Source of the DNA: Monocercomonoides exilis PA203
Taxonomy: Eukaryota > Protista > Preaxostyla
Length of the DNA stretch: 64,000 nt
Reading direction: 5' to 3'
Assembly: GCA_001643675.2 (NCBI GenBank)
Contig: LSRY02000042.1
Location: forward strand, 805,252-869,251
Below the pieces are notes generated by a model. That model searched no databases, was not told the origin of the DNA, and saw only the letters and a list, made by a program, of their open reading frames with translations. This document shows, one piece after another, positions 13,470-26,399 of this stretch (positions are counted from its first letter, which is position 1; every line of letters begins with the position of its first letter). Position numbers and translations under genes: made by a program.

Positions 13470-14895
13470 TCAAAGATGAATGAATCCGCTATCATCATCA
13501 AAATAGAACATATTCGTTTTTTGAAAGCTAATGAAGATATCTTCGTATCCTTCTTCTTCCATCTTTTCAAGCATTTTCCTTTTCAATTCTTTTCTTTTCG
13601 CTTCTTTCATTTCATCATTCTCCTTTCCTCCGAAACGCAATGAAAGAATATAAAAAAATTTCAAGCTTTCAAATGCCAAACCTTTATTCAACGTTGGTCG
13701 ATGCAACTCCTCCAAAATTACATCAATGGCACCACTTTTCAGCAAGTCATCAACTTCCACGGTCAAATTATTTGCTGATTCATTAAATAAAATCACGCAT
13801 TTCTTGCCTACTTCATCGTGATTATCTCTTGATGCTCGAAACACGTCAACAAGGTCGCTAAAAAGTCCAACATATTCTTCATTCTCCAAATGAAATCTGT
13901 TAAATAAATGATGAATGAAGCCGATCCATCTCAAAATAATATCCATTGTTTTCCTTTCTGTTTTCCCCATCCTTTCTTCTTTTCTCTTCCAATCCACACT
14001 CTTCGACAACTCTTCCAGTTCTTTTGCTGCTTCTCTTGAGAAATGCAGTTCATTCACAATAACATCTTCCAGGCTTTTGTAGTAATAAGATCTGCATACC
14101 AAAAATGACCAAGCAGACTGATAGGCAAGTCGGGTGAGGTTGTGATGCTCCTGATGATATTCGATGATCGTTTTGATCTCATTCAGATACAATTTTTGTT
14201 CAATTGCCTTATAAAAATCAGAAACATATGCATAAATATCAAAATTGAAAAAGGCTCTCAAACCCAATATCCAATATAGCTCAAAGCCAGCAGCGCCATT
14301 TCCACTTCTTTTTGCGTTTCCTCATTTTCCTCTTTATTCAATGCAACTATCAGAAGGCAAGGAACACATATTGGATACATATCCGAAGAAAAACGGTTGT
14401 CAAGTAAAAGATAACATTCAATAAGGTCAATAAAAAGCTTTTCGTCATTTCCTTCTTTTTTCTGTTCTTCATCAACAATCATCTTCCTAAATCTTCTGTT
14501 TAATGAAGAAAAGAAAAAGTCCTCAATGTATATGCCTTTCAAAATGTTGCAATATCCCATGTGTTTCAACAGCAAGATTGCATTTTCCATCGTCAGTTTC
14601 TCTTCTTCAATCATTTTTTCCATTTGGTCGAATAGTTCTTTCGTGACAACAGAATGGAATTCTTTTTCATTCATTACATCAATCAATCTATTCATTTCTT
14701 CAATTTTCATTTTTTGTTCTGTAACGCTGCAATTTTTCAATTCCTCAAGTAATTCTAAAGAAAAAAATTTTATTCCAATGATAAAAACCATTGTGCTTCA
14801 AAAAAGCCGTAAAAAATGAACAAACTTGAAAACTTTTCAGTGGAGGCCATCTCTCTATTTCCGTCTTCGATTTTACCATCAATGAATTCTTCCAT
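13470..14895 (-). CDS. Subtelomeric helical-protein family, copy 4
   Basis: Short exon 1 MEEFIDGKIEDGNREMASTEKFS, then ORFs 14258-14791 and 13470-14267 with the family motifs (QKEVEMALLAL, NLTRLAYQSAW, EKMEEEGYED). Confidence 0.8.
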
Positions 14896-17080
14896 TCTGC
14901 TAATTTAAAGTGCAATTCATTTGCAATGAATATACTCAACAATTAAGCAAAATCAATAAATATCAAACATCGTTCACGATTCGACAAATTGAGAAGGTTA
15001 CCGTATCTATCCCAATTGTTTTACCTTTTAAATAAAGATTTGGAAACGATTTCTATGAAAGCAGCCTGATTTGGCTGAGTGAGGCAAGAAATGGCAGTTT
15101 TTTGTTTCCTGTTGATCAAACCAACAAATATTCATCAAAAACAAATGGAGAATTGCTATTCGATTCATGATGCTCCACGAAATTGATTTCTTCCCCTTTT
15201 GGAACAGAATTTATTCACGATATGGAAATGGAACATGATGGGAGAGGACAACTGCAATCAAGCAAAAGGATTGAGAAGAAAAGTTTCATGACTTTTTTGA
15301 GTTCTTGATTGTTTTGTCGAAAGCCAAAGATCAGCTAATGTTTGCATTCTTGAAGGGACTCGTTGGCTATATTATTTTACAGATTTTAATTTCATCCAAA
15401 AGGATTCAAGTGATTGCTGAAGGCAAAAGAAGTGAAAAATGCCAAAATCGAGATGGATAAAACCAACAAAAAATTGTTTTCAATTTCTTACAAAAAACCA
15501 ATAGAGTGGTAGAAGAAAAAGGTTGGATGGCTTTATTGCAAAAGCATCTTGGGCCATCTAAAAATGGATTATTTGAAGCAAAACGATTAAAATTGATTTC
15601 ACTGGCCAAGCTGCCTGGCTTTGCACTTGATAAGAGTTGGGTGATGCGTTTTGTCCATCCTATTCTATTTTAATGATTGAGCATTATTGGCTGCAAAATA
15701 CATTTGCCTCGGATGAAAAGAGATTGGAAAAGGAATTATTTGGAGACAACTCTGTTGCCAAGGAGCAATGAAAAAAATGCATGAATAGTTATTCTTCTTC
15801 TTCAGAGACCAAAAGCATTGGCGTTATGGATATGGAAGGAATTGGCCGACATTTCAGCTTCTGCTCCATCAGAACGAAGATGAATGGCAAAAACATTTGT
15901 TTTCTCAAGGAAGATGCTCTTGTAGAAATGAGGCGTTCGTCAGACAATTCAAAAACTCTCCCCCTTTACTTCAGCAATATTAGCATGATGAAAATGTGTT
16001 AAAGAATGAAAGGACCTCTTTTTGAATGTCTCGACAATCCATCATTTTTGTATCAACATTATTTTCAGATGAAAAGTTTCCTTCTTTTCTGCATTTGAGC
16101 TGTTTCGTGACGAACACCTTGCAGGCATCGAAAATAACAACATTCAAAAATTCTTCTTCTTCTTCAATAACTTCTTCTTCATTCAATGAGAAGGAAACAT
16201 TATCATCAGCGTTTTTCTTCTCCTTCTAATTAAACTATCTTTTAATTCTTCAAATGGAAGCTGAAGAGAAGGGGAAAGAAATATGTCATTTTGATAAGCT
16301 GAATAAAAAATCTGAAAAATTTCATTCGAAAAATAGGAAAAGGAGCTTTGCCTTCGCTTTTGATGAGCAGAGAAAGAAAGAAATTGAAGAAGAAGAAGAA
16401 GAGAAAGAAATGAGGATTAAAAGAATGAATATCACAAAGATGATGGAAGAAAGAATCAAAAGAATTTCACAAAAGAGCAATGGAAATGCTATTTTGGATG
16501 AGGCAAACAACAGATTTCATTCAGAAGGAGAAGGGGAGGTGCATCAAAAGGATCCAAAGAAATGGAAGAAAGAATGAGAGAAAGAGTTTTTTTATTGGGA
16601 GAATAAGGAGGAAGCTGGGAATATTTTTGATTATTTCTAAATTAAATAATATTAATCAAAGCGCTTTTCATAAGAAAAAGAAAAATCTTACTCTTTTTTT
16701 TTAAATTCTATTCCTTTTTTTTTTCAATTGGAAACAATAAAATAAAAATTAACTCAAAAATGAAATTTCAAGATTTACAGTCTTTTACTATTTAAAAGAA
16801 ACTCCAAAACGAAAGAATTTCTATAAAATACAATCAAGATATTATATCATTGAACGAGGGCAATGAAAAACAGCACGACAATCATCTTTATTTTCCAATT
16901 ATCTTCAAGAAAATTGCTTCACAACTCATTCAACAAACAAAGAAAATCATTAGTGAAAAATAACCTTTGTTATTTTCTTTTTTAAAAATAATGAATTTCA
17001 AAAGAAAAGAAAAAAATCAAAAAAAAATCAAAAAATAAATAAATAAATAAATAAATAAATAAAAAATCAAAAGCTATAAG

Positions 17081-17103
17081 ACACACACACACACACACAC
17101 ACA
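17081..17103. repeat. (AC)n microsatellite with adjacent (AAAT)n at ~17035-17061
   Basis: Direct reading. Confidence 0.9.
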
Positions 17104-17840
17104 AAGATGAATTACATAGAAGGATTATTAAAAAAGCCATTCAATGGATAAAAAAACAAGAATTTTCAAAAAGAAAAGAAATGAAATGAAATTTCATACA
17201 AAATAATAAAGAAAAAATTCTCAATTTTCAAAAAATAGAAGAATTCAGGTGCTAATCAATTAAAAAATATGAAGAGAGAAGAAGTTGTGTTGTTGATGTA
17301 TTCTTTTGAAAATGAGAAAATTATCAAAGATAAGTCTCATGATTCTTCAAAAAGAAAATGCTAAAAAAAAAAAAAATAAAATAAAGAGGATAAAAGAAAA
17401 CTTTGATAAAAAGAGCTACGCTAATAACAACGTTATATTTTGTGCAATCAGAATTTCGTGCTATCGACGAAATTTCTTTTTTTATTGCTTCTTCTTTGAA
17501 AAAATCTTTCTATTTCTGTCAAATTCTTCTTTCATGCTCAGAAAATCGTCTTTTCTTTCTTTCTTTCTTTCAATCTGAAATTTATTTTCTCTTTCACAAT
17601 GCATTTTGTTATCTTTATTCCTTCTTGTTCATCCAATTCTTTTTTTTTTCCCTCAAGAATAATCGCTTTTCATTGAAATATTTGCAAGCATCAGCAGACG
17701 CTTTAGGAAAATAGGGGAAAAAAAATAAGTCATTTTAATCGGATCATCTTCAAATAGACTTCTAATTCCATCTCATTCAATTTGTCTGTTCCCTCAAACT
17801 CTTCTTTTTGTTCTTCATTTTTCTTCTCTTTTTCATTTTC

Positions 17841-20800
17841 TTATTCTTTCTTTTCTTCTTTCTTCTCCTCTTTTTTCTCATCTTTCTTCTCATCTTTCCT
17901 CTCCTCTTTCTTTTCTGGTTTCTTTTCTTCTTTTTTCTCCTCTTTCTTCTCCTCTTTCTTCTCCTCTTTCTTCTCCTCTTTCTTCTCCTCTTTCTTCTCC
18001 TCTTTCTTCTCCTCTTTCTTCTCTGGCTTTTCCTCTGCCTTCTTTTCCTCTTTCTTCTCTGGTTTCTTTTCTTCTTTCTTCTCTTCTTTCTTCTCATATT
18101 TTTTCTCTTCCTTTTTCACTTCCTTTTTCTCCTTTTTCTCTTCCTTTTCTTCTTTCTTCTCCTCTTTCTTCTCCTCTTTCTTTTCTGGTTTCTTTTCTTC
18201 TTCCTTTTCTTCCTTTTTCACTTCTTTCTTCTCTTCTTTCTTCTCCTCTTTCTTTTCTTCTTTCTTCTCTTCTTTCTTCTCTTCTTTCTTCTCTTCTTTC
18301 TCTTTCTTCTCTACTTTTTTCACCTCTTTCTTCTCTTCCTTTTCTTTCTTCTCCTCTTTCTTCTCCTCTTTCTTCTCCTCTTTCTTCTCTGGCTTTTCCT
18401 CTGACTTCTTTTCCTCTTTCTTTTCTGGTTTCTTTTCTTCTTCCTTTTCTTCCTTTTTCACTTCTTTCTTTTCTTCTTTCTTAACCTCTTTCTTCTCTTC
18501 TTTCTTCTCCTCTTTCTTCTCTTCTTTCTTCTCTTCTTTTTTCACTTCTTTTTTCTCTTTCTTCTCTTCTTTCTTCTCTTCTTTCTTTTCTTCTTTCTTC
18601 TCCTCTTTCTTTTCTTCTTTCTTCTCTTCCTTTTTCACTTCTTTCTTCTCTTTCTTCTCTTCTTTTTTCTCCTCTTTTTTCTCTTCTTTCTTTTCTTCTT
18701 TTTCTTTCTTCTCTTCTTTTTCTTCTTCCATTTCAATATTTTTTATTAAATGTGTTGATTTTTCAGCTTTCTTTTCTTTCTCTTTCTTTTCTTCATCTTT
18801 CTGCAAATGTTCTTCAGTTCTGCTATTGTCATTTGTTGTATTGTCCAAATGCTCACTGGATGATGAACTTTCACTCGAATCTGATTCTGTCGCTGGATTC
18901 TTCACTGATATGCATGCTTCTTCTTCTTCTTCTCTTTCACCTGCTTTCACTTCATATGCATTTTCTTCCTTCTCCACGTGTGTCCTCTTCTTCCTCTGAA
19001 TTGAAATCAAAACGATGCAAATAACCACTATAACAATAATAACAACAACAATAGGGATAACAATCGCAACAATTGTTCCTGCATTTGATTTCTTCTTGCC
19101 TTCTGGTTCAGGTTCTTGACTCTTCTTCCACTTCAAATACTTCTCATACAAATCCTCAGAATATGATTGATTGTTTTTTCTTCCCATTATCCATCCAGCT
19201 GTCGATCCTTCGAAAGCATCCGCAAACTCAAACACATTTTCTTGATTGCAGAATTCATCAATGCCTTCGCTTTCGATGAATAAGGAAGTAGGTTTTGATG
19301 TCGGCCCAACTGTGTTTGAGCTGTCAATATCCAAATTGCCACCAGAAGGAAGCAGAAGATTTGGCTTTATCTTTGCCATCCGAATGTATATTGCCCCTGC
19401 TTTCCCTTTTGGCACGGTGCACGACTTGAATGAGCATTTGCCGTTTCTTCCAATCGCAACTGTTGATTCTTCTGAACTCAAAGAAATCTCCAAGCCAGCC
19501 GCTTCTCCTTTCTCTGAATTCACTTCCTTCATGCTCAGCCCTTCAATGCTTACTGTTGAAGAAGTGCTTTCTCCATCTTTAATCGCAATTGCTGCTCCAT
19601 TTTGAATGTTCACGTTGCTGATCTCCATTCCATTCAACGAAGCTGAACTCACACTGCTGAAAGAAAAAGGTGATGAAGAAAACGAAACAATCATGCTGTT
19701 GCCTGTGCATGAGACAGTGCTCATTGCAACTTTCCCACTTGCAACGCTCACAAGACCGCCAACTGCGGATTTTTCTTTACCAGCATTTGCAGTGATTTCA
19801 ACAGATGATGATTGCGCTCCAATTCTGACAAATCGGCAATTGCTGATGGAAAGTGACGCTGACCTTTCATTTCCATAAATCAAAGTTGTCCATTTTGAGC
19901 TTGAAATTGGAAAGTTGAAGGCCAAAGACTTGATTTCAACCTCCTTTTCACATGTAAATAAAGCAGACGATGCGCTAACATCACAATCGATAGCAACTTC
20001 TGCGTTTCCATTTCCGTCACTGTTAACTCCTTCAATAATTATTCCGTTGTCAACATCAAATGTGATCACTTCAGCTGGAAGAGGATCTTCCGTTTTGACA
20101 GTTTCGATGATGCATTTCACACTCTTTTCTAAAAAGTTGTATGCATCCTTTAAACTGTAGGCTGCTAATTCAACACTGATTCCATTTCCTTTACCTCCAT
20201 TCTTTACGAAGGCCTTTGTCATGTTTTCTGGCTTTGAAAGAGGGGGATCATAATACGTGGATACAAAATCACATTCATATATCATATTATTGTCGGTCCC
20301 AACAATATTCCACAAATTATCCCTTCTGTTATAATTAGCTGCAAAACTTTTCTTCATTTCTGCTGCGAGGTTTTCAAATAACGAGTCATTCGCCATTATC
20401 AATAATAGTCCAGTACTTCTTTTTGAATTACCTGCTCCGAATGTGCATTTGTCAAATATCAGATTCCTCCCATCTTCGGGCCATTTAATCTGACTTACTG
20501 ATGTAATAGCAGTCATTCGTATACACAATACCCCAGAGCCATATTGATAATCAGTATGGCATGACGAAAATGTTGTGACACCTCCATCTCCAACAGTAAA
20601 TGTACTATCTTTGTTATAAGATTTAAATGCAAATACCATGCTTGCGCTTTTTATCTCCGAAAATGTGCTCCCTTTCAATGTAAGATCAGTTTTGATGTCT
20701 GTGTTGTAACTATAGACATCAACAACTGCTTCTGCAAAAATATCATCATTTGGATCATCAATTAAATCAATTTTCTTCAAATTCAAATTGGACAATATCA

Positions 20801-21431
20801 CCGTTTCGCAATCACTTGCAAAAAACACTTCTCTCATCGTTGAAAATGTATTTTCTTTATCTGCGCATTCAACTGATTCCATCGTTAACGATCCACCATT
20901 TGCATCAACAAGTCGATAATCAACCACGCTTCCCACTGGTGGCCGAATAAATCTGCAATTGCTTATTGTCAAACTTGCCTTTTGCCCATTAATCAAAGAT
21001 AATGGTCCAAATGTTTCAACTCCTTTTTTATCCAATGTTGTTGGAATGTGAAATGCCAACCATTTGAATTCCACATCGCAATAGCAATTAAATGGATCTA
21101 TTCCTTCATGCACTTCACAGTCTATTTCCACTTCGGTGTTTCCACTTCCATCACTTTTCCATCCTTCAAGTGTAACTCTTTTCTTATTTCTAAATTCAAA
21201 AACTTCCGCAGTTTTTGGATTTGCATCTTCAACAACTTTCATGTAGCATACGGTTTCATCACTCAGGAGTATGTATGCTAAAAACAAAGATTGCCTTTCC
21301 TGGCCAATATCCAATCCACTGTTGCTATTGTTCCCGCTTTGCTTAACGAACACTGTTGTAATTGGCTGTGATGGCTCGTCTAGCGAGTAAATCGATATTA
21401 TAGTCTGGAAAAGAATTAATCCCCAAAACAT
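17841..21431 (-). CDS. Type I membrane surface protein: signal peptide, duplicated ~370-aa extracellular (probable beta-helix-like) module, TM helix, cytoplasmic KKEE-repeat tail
   Basis: 1196-aa intronless ORF with hydrophobic N-terminus MFWGLILFQTIISIYS. Internal repeat FVKQSG..EGWKSDGSGNTEVEIDC / FVKNGG..EGVNSDGNGNAEVAIDC. TM AGTIVAIVIPIVVVIIVIVVICIVLISI followed by RKKR, then ~300 aa of KKEE. The fold call is inference. Confidence 0.85.
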   Translation of the reverse strand: MFWGLILFQTIISIYSLDEPSQPITTVFVKQSGNNSNSGLDIGQERQSLFLAYILLSDETVCYMKVVEDANPKTAEVFEFRNKKRVTLEGWKSDGSGNTEVEIDCEVHEGIDPFNCYCDVEFKWLAFHIPTTLDKKGVETFGPLSLINGQKASLTISNCRFIRPPVGSVVDYRLVDANGGSLTMESVECADKENTFSTMREVFFASDCETVILSNLNLKKIDLIDDPNDDIFAEAVVDVYSYNTDIKTDLTLKGSTFSEIKSASMVFAFKSYNKDSTFTVGDGGVTTFSSCHTDYQYGSGVLCIRMTAITSVSQIKWPEDGRNLIFDKCTFGAGNSKRSTGLLLIMANDSLFENLAAEMKKSFAANYNRRDNLWNIVGTDNNMIYECDFVSTYYDPPLSKPENMTKAFVKNGGKGNGISVELAAYSLKDAYNFLEKSVKCIIETVKTEDPLPAEVITFDVDNGIIIEGVNSDGNGNAEVAIDCDVSASSALFTCEKEVEIKSLAFNFPISSSKWTTLIYGNERSASLSISNCRFVRIGAQSSSVEITANAGKEKSAVGGLVSVASGKVAMSTVSCTGNSMIVSFSSSPFSFSSVSSASLNGMEISNVNIQNGAAIAIKDGESTSSTVSIEGLSMKEVNSEKGEAAGLEISLSSEESTVAIGRNGKCSFKSCTVPKGKAGAIYIRMAKIKPNLLLPSGGNLDIDSSNTVGPTSKPTSLFIESEGIDEFCNQENVFEFADAFEGSTAGWIMGRKNNQSYSEDLYEKYLKWKKSQEPEPEGKKKSNAGTIVAIVIPIVVVIIVIVVICIVLISIQRKKRTHVEKEENAYEVKAGEREEEEEACISVKNPATESDSSESSSSSEHLDNTTNDNSRTEEHLQKDEEKKEKEKKAEKSTHLIKNIEMEEEKEEKKEKEEKKEEKKEEKKEEKKEKKEVKKEEKKEEKKEEKKEEKKEEKKEEKKEKKEVKKEEKKEEKKEEKKEEKKEVKKEEKKEVKKEEKEEEKKPEKKEEKKSEEKPEKKEEKKEEKKEEKKEKEEKKEVKKVEKKEKEEKKEEKKEEKKEEKKEEKKEEKKEVKKEEKEEEKKPEKKEEKKEEKKEEKEEKKEKKEVKKEEKKYEKKEEKKEEKKPEKKEEKKAEEKPEKKEEKKEEKKEEKKEEKKEEKKEEKKEEKKEEKKPEKKEERKDEKKDEKKEEKKEEKKE

Positions 21432-22736
21432 TCTTGAAAAAACACTTTTTTTAAATTTTCAATTTTGATCAATATTTGTATAAAATGTAAATTGAAAAAC
21501 AAAAAAGTTTAAGAGAATTTCAAAGAAAATAAAACATCAAAAGCTTTGAATGAAATAAGAAATTGTTTGAAACAATGAATTGATATTTGCTATATGATTT
21601 GTTGGTCGAGAAACATTTTTTTGTTGAAAAAATTCTTTTTATTTTTTCTTCAAAAACTTTATTATTTGCGAATAAATGCAGTCAGTTTTTATTTAATATT
21701 TTTGTCTCTATTGTTTTGTTTGAAAAAACATATCAAATCATTCTAATAACAAAAATGATTCGAAAAAATGCATTCCATAATAATTAACATTTTTGGCTTT
21801 TGCGAATGTGTTTTACAATTGAAGGATATTATTGAAAAAGAAATGCGAAAAATGTTACAAAAATTATAATTTTTATCGTGAAGACAGATGAATAAAAAAT
21901 GAAATTTGGTGGAATTGCCATTACTGTTGATTAATATTCGTTGTAATTTTTAATTATTTGTGAATGGCAATGATTACCATAAAAGTTAATTTAACTTGTT
22001 TAACAGAAAACAAAATTAGCTGCGAAAACAATGAGAAACATGGAAAAAATTCATTTATAGGAAATCAAAAAGAGAAATTGAAGAATCATAAGATAAAGAA
22101 AAAGAATGAGAAATTTACATTGTCAAATGAAGAGAAAAAGAAGAATAACTATCAATTGTGCGATTCTTTGTCTTCTTTTCTTTCCAATATTTCTTCTTTT
22201 CTCTCTCTTCACATCCTTCGTTTTTATACCATATGCATCAATTTCGTTCTAAACCAAACGGGTTCTGATTACACTTAATCACAATGACATCATCATTGTT
22301 ATTTTATTTATCTGCTTATTTTTCTTTCCCTTTCATTGTGACTTTTGCTTCTGCCACTTTCTCTGCTTCTGATTATGATAACGGTGATATTAGAAGTGTC
22401 ATTTTTATTAGATCCTATTTTTTTTCGATCCTATTTTTTCAAAATCAATTATTCAGCCTCCCACATTTCGATTTATTAATAGTTTTTTTTTTGGTATTTA
22501 AGAAAAATATTATCAACTGAATAAATGCATTAAAATTAATAACCTGTTTCTTATGGGGGGGATGGGGTGGTTAAAAGCCTCCCGTTGAAATTCAATCAGT
22601 TACAGGTTGGTTCAAATTAATGTAATACTAAAAAATATGCATTTAATTAACAAAAAATAAAATTTCAATGAAAATTGAAATTTATTATAATGAAATAAAT
22701 AAATTGGCTTAATGATCATTACCCAAATAATAAAAA

Positions 22737-24290
22737 ATGAAAAAGGAAGTTGCAAGGAAATCTTCTGCGGGTCAGCTGAAGCTGCAGGGGGCAATGCTTA
22801 CATACAAATATCGGAAATTTCGGAATCCACTGGAGCGAATGGCGCATATTGTTAACAAAGAAGGTTTGCATTTGGTAGATGCATATAACAGTAAAAATTT
22901 CAGCAAAATTCGAATCAAGCGTGCGGTGAAGGATGTTCGACAAGGCAGACTGGTTTCTGAAATTGGAACAAATGGTGTGGTCATTGGCGAAAAAGAGCAA
23001 ACAGTGCTGGATGAAATAAAAACAGAATCACTGTCTGGAGCAAGCTTAACCATCAAGAAAATGAGCGAATTGGTCTGCATAAATATTATTCGAAATGAAT
23101 AAATAAATATGAATAAGATTGAAAATGTTATTAATGATTAAAAACCAGAAAACACGGTAGATGTTAAAGTTTCTGCATCCGTTACCTACGATTTCATCAA
23201 AAGAAATCACTTGCTGAAGACATCAAGGACGAAAATTGTTGACGCAAACAGGCTTGCGGTAACATGCCAACAAGTTCTAAACCACTGGTATGATATTCTC
23301 AATGGATCACATCTGAACAATAGTTACAACAATGCAATAATATTTAACGGATGAGTCTTCACTTAGGGTTCACGAAAGCTCCAATCGGAGTGTTATTCAT
23401 CCAGTTAATGCAAAATTATGTTTTGCTAAATCTGCGGTGCGAATGGCGAATTCTCCACTGATTGCGGAGGTCGCAGCTGATGGATAATCACTTCCTTCAG
23501 TGATTCTGTGGCCGAGTCTCAAACTTCCTGATGACTTGAAGCCTCTTCAGTCTTCAAATCTTGAGATTTGGTGGAATAAATGCGGATAGATGGAATCTTC
23601 GACGTTCAGAAAATATGCGCTCACAATTCTTCTCCCTTTGATCAAAGAAAGAAGGCAACGCATGTCACTCGACTAATCGCACTGCTTGCTTCTAATCAAC
23701 TCCCACATTTCTCGAGAGGATCCAACAATCTGGCGAGAGTTCAAAAAAGAAAATGTGGATGTTGTGACATTTATCCCTCACAGCACACACACATCTGCCA
23801 GCCACTGGACCGAGGAATATTTACTGTTCTGAAATCTGAAATGAGTTCACAATGCGAATCACCTTCGTCATCGTCTTCAGCAGCGAAAACAACAGCTCTT
23901 GTTGAAGCTATCCAACAATTAATACATTCCGAGCTATCACCTTCTGTAATCAAAAGAGCATTCAAATGCAGCTGCGTGCTGAAAGACTCGTCTGGTCCAA
24001 TTCTGATGAAGCTACCTCAATTATCGACTAATCCTCTTCCTTCGCATGAAAATCGATTTGACTTCTACGGTTAAGAAATAACAGAAGAAAAGGTGCTAAA
24101 TGAGTGGGATGATTAATTGAAAAAGAAAAGCGAAATGGAAAATGAAAAAGAAAACATTTCTGATTAAGAAAATGATGAAACAATGAATTTCACAAAAAAG
24201 CTGAAAAGAAAATTCAAAATACTTCAAGATGAGAACGATATAGAGAAAGAATCATCTGATGAAATTGAACGAGGAAATGGAAAAAGTTAA
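22737..24290 (+). pseudogene. Decayed pogo/Tigger-like (DDE_1) transposase
   Basis: Manual translation across stops and frameshifts gives IIFN(DES), VAADG*SLPSVILWP, CLLLINSH and VDVVTF..HSTHICQPLDRGIF. QPLD is the DDE_1 signature. Probable intron near 23075-23150. Confidence 0.8.
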
Positions 24291-26399
24291 GTCATTCGCA
24301 AATTAGATTCGAGTTTTGTATTTTTTTTGTATTTTTTTTGAATTTTTCATTTCGAAATATTTGTGAACTAATAAAAGAAATGGGTACTAAAAAAAATATG
24401 ACCCTATTTGATTTTCAGCTTCAATATATTTTATTCAACATTAATCGATTACTCCATCACCTTCCTCTTTCTCTTCCTCTTCATTTTTCTCATCCGCTTC
24501 TCATCCTCCATCAATCTCCAATATTCAATACCCCGCTTTTTCCAACTTTTTTATTTGTCTTATATGACAGATGTCAAATTAAGGGGAAATGATCAAAAAA
24601 AGACGAAAAATCACAATATTTTCCAGGGGAAGAGAGTGAAATGGAAGAGAAAGCTTGAATTAGTGCAATGAAGATGAAGAAAGAATGAGAGAGAAGCAGT
24701 GAATGAACTGGAGGAGCGTGATATGATATGAGATGGATCATCATTGACACTCTTAATTTGGAGTGAGAAGAGAAAGATGACAGAGGAAATGAAGAAAACA
24801 GAGGAAAGGAACGAAAAAAAAAGAGGAGAGAGAGAGAAAGAAAGAAAAAGAGAAGAAGAAGGAGAGAATGAAAAAAGAAGAATCATAAAGATTTGTCTTT
24901 GCTCGATTTACAGAATTATTTTTTTGTGAAATTTTTCTTTTCAATTTTTTCAACATCATCCTAGACAGCTGCTGACTCACTTCTTCAAACAGACAGAACT
25001 GCTCTTTCAAACACATTTCGAAATGGCTTCTCCTCCATCTTCTTCTTCTTCTTTTTCTTCTTCTTCTTCTTCTTCTTCTTCTTCTTTGAATTCTAATTTA
25101 TTTTCTTATTTGCATTCTTATTCTGAATTCCACAAAGAAAAATCCTTTGGTTTTTTTTTCCTTCGTGAGGACAGCCCACAAGGAAGGAGCACTTTTTATT
25201 TAGATGAAGAGCAGGAATTATGACAAAAAATACCAGTTTTATCCGCACTTTTGCACTTTATGCTCTTCTGGCAACGAATAAAATGAAAAGTGGCAGATTT
25301 CACACATTTCACTCGAATGTCTCACATTCAGCTCTCTTTAAAGGCAGACCATGCATTCTATGCATTGAACCAGCTGGTGGAGATAAGTCACATGTGGCTG
25401 AGAATGACAAAAAGTCTATTTTGAAGGAAAGAACATGAAAATGTGGGATTTTCCAAGATTCCAGGCAGTTGCAGAAGAGATCGTGACACTGATAAAGAGC
25501 GTAGTGGAGACAAAAAACAGAAAGTTAATAATTATGATGGGCGAGTTCGTACAGCTATTTGAAGACGGAAAGACAGTGGTGAACAATGCATCACGTTCTT
25601 TGTTGATTTCTTCTTCTGTTTAGGCTTTCTCTTCTTTAGTATCTCAGATTCCTCTCAATAAGCAAGTATTGTGATTGACGATATATCTTCTTATTGCATC
25701 CTATCAATACGTTCAACATTTTGACTTCTCCTCCTCATCCTCCTCTTTTTTTTTAATATTCCACAATACAACAATACACAAACCATTTTATTCTCCAGCT
25801 TCGATTGACTTGTGCAAACTGAAATGATCTCGACACCACCCTCATTATCACCGATGAAAGAAGTTACCTACAAGCAGATAGTCGATCAATGGGAATGCAT
25901 TCCCATTGTCTTCCCAAAGATCCACTTGTTTCCTTGCATCGAGTGTGTTTACAAAGCAAACAAAGGAGGATGCACAACAAACAGCACCTAAAGCACCAGG
26001 AAATTTGAAAATAATTTTCCTTTCATATAGCATCATCTATCTCACCAATCCATGTCCCAAAGATATCTGAAGCTTTTCTGGCTGAATAAACACTGTATTT
26101 TTAATTATTTCTGAAATGCTATAAACTGATATAGATGGATATTACTATTTTTGTTATAAAAAATGACTCTTTGTTTTTTCGCGCACTTCGCTGAAGTGTT
26201 CAGCAAAAAAAATAAAGTGTAGTTTTTTTTTCGGGATTTTTTTTTCTGGGTATGGAAAAATAAAAAAATTTTTTTATCATGAAAGCGTGTTTGTTTCTTT
26301 GAAAAAAGTTCACTATTAATAAACATAGTCAATCAACTCTCTCTTGACTATTTTTTTGGAATTTTCTTGTTTTCTTTCATTTCCAGAATAATCAATACA

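Noticed and set aside
14950-16600. Possible genes in 15-16.6 kb, 31.7-33 kb and 38.3-39.8 kb
   Set aside because: Only short stop-ridden fragments with no recognisable domain; probably decayed sequence.
17782-18999. Plus-strand Phe/Ser/Leu-rich ORFs (also 8984-10322 and 46658-47479)
   Set aside because: Antisense or off-frame shadows of low-complexity repeats.
25220-25623. Walker A-like ILCIEPAGGDKS (AAA/dynein fragment)
   Set aside because: The motif is degenerate, the ORFs are short and no supporting motifs are present.
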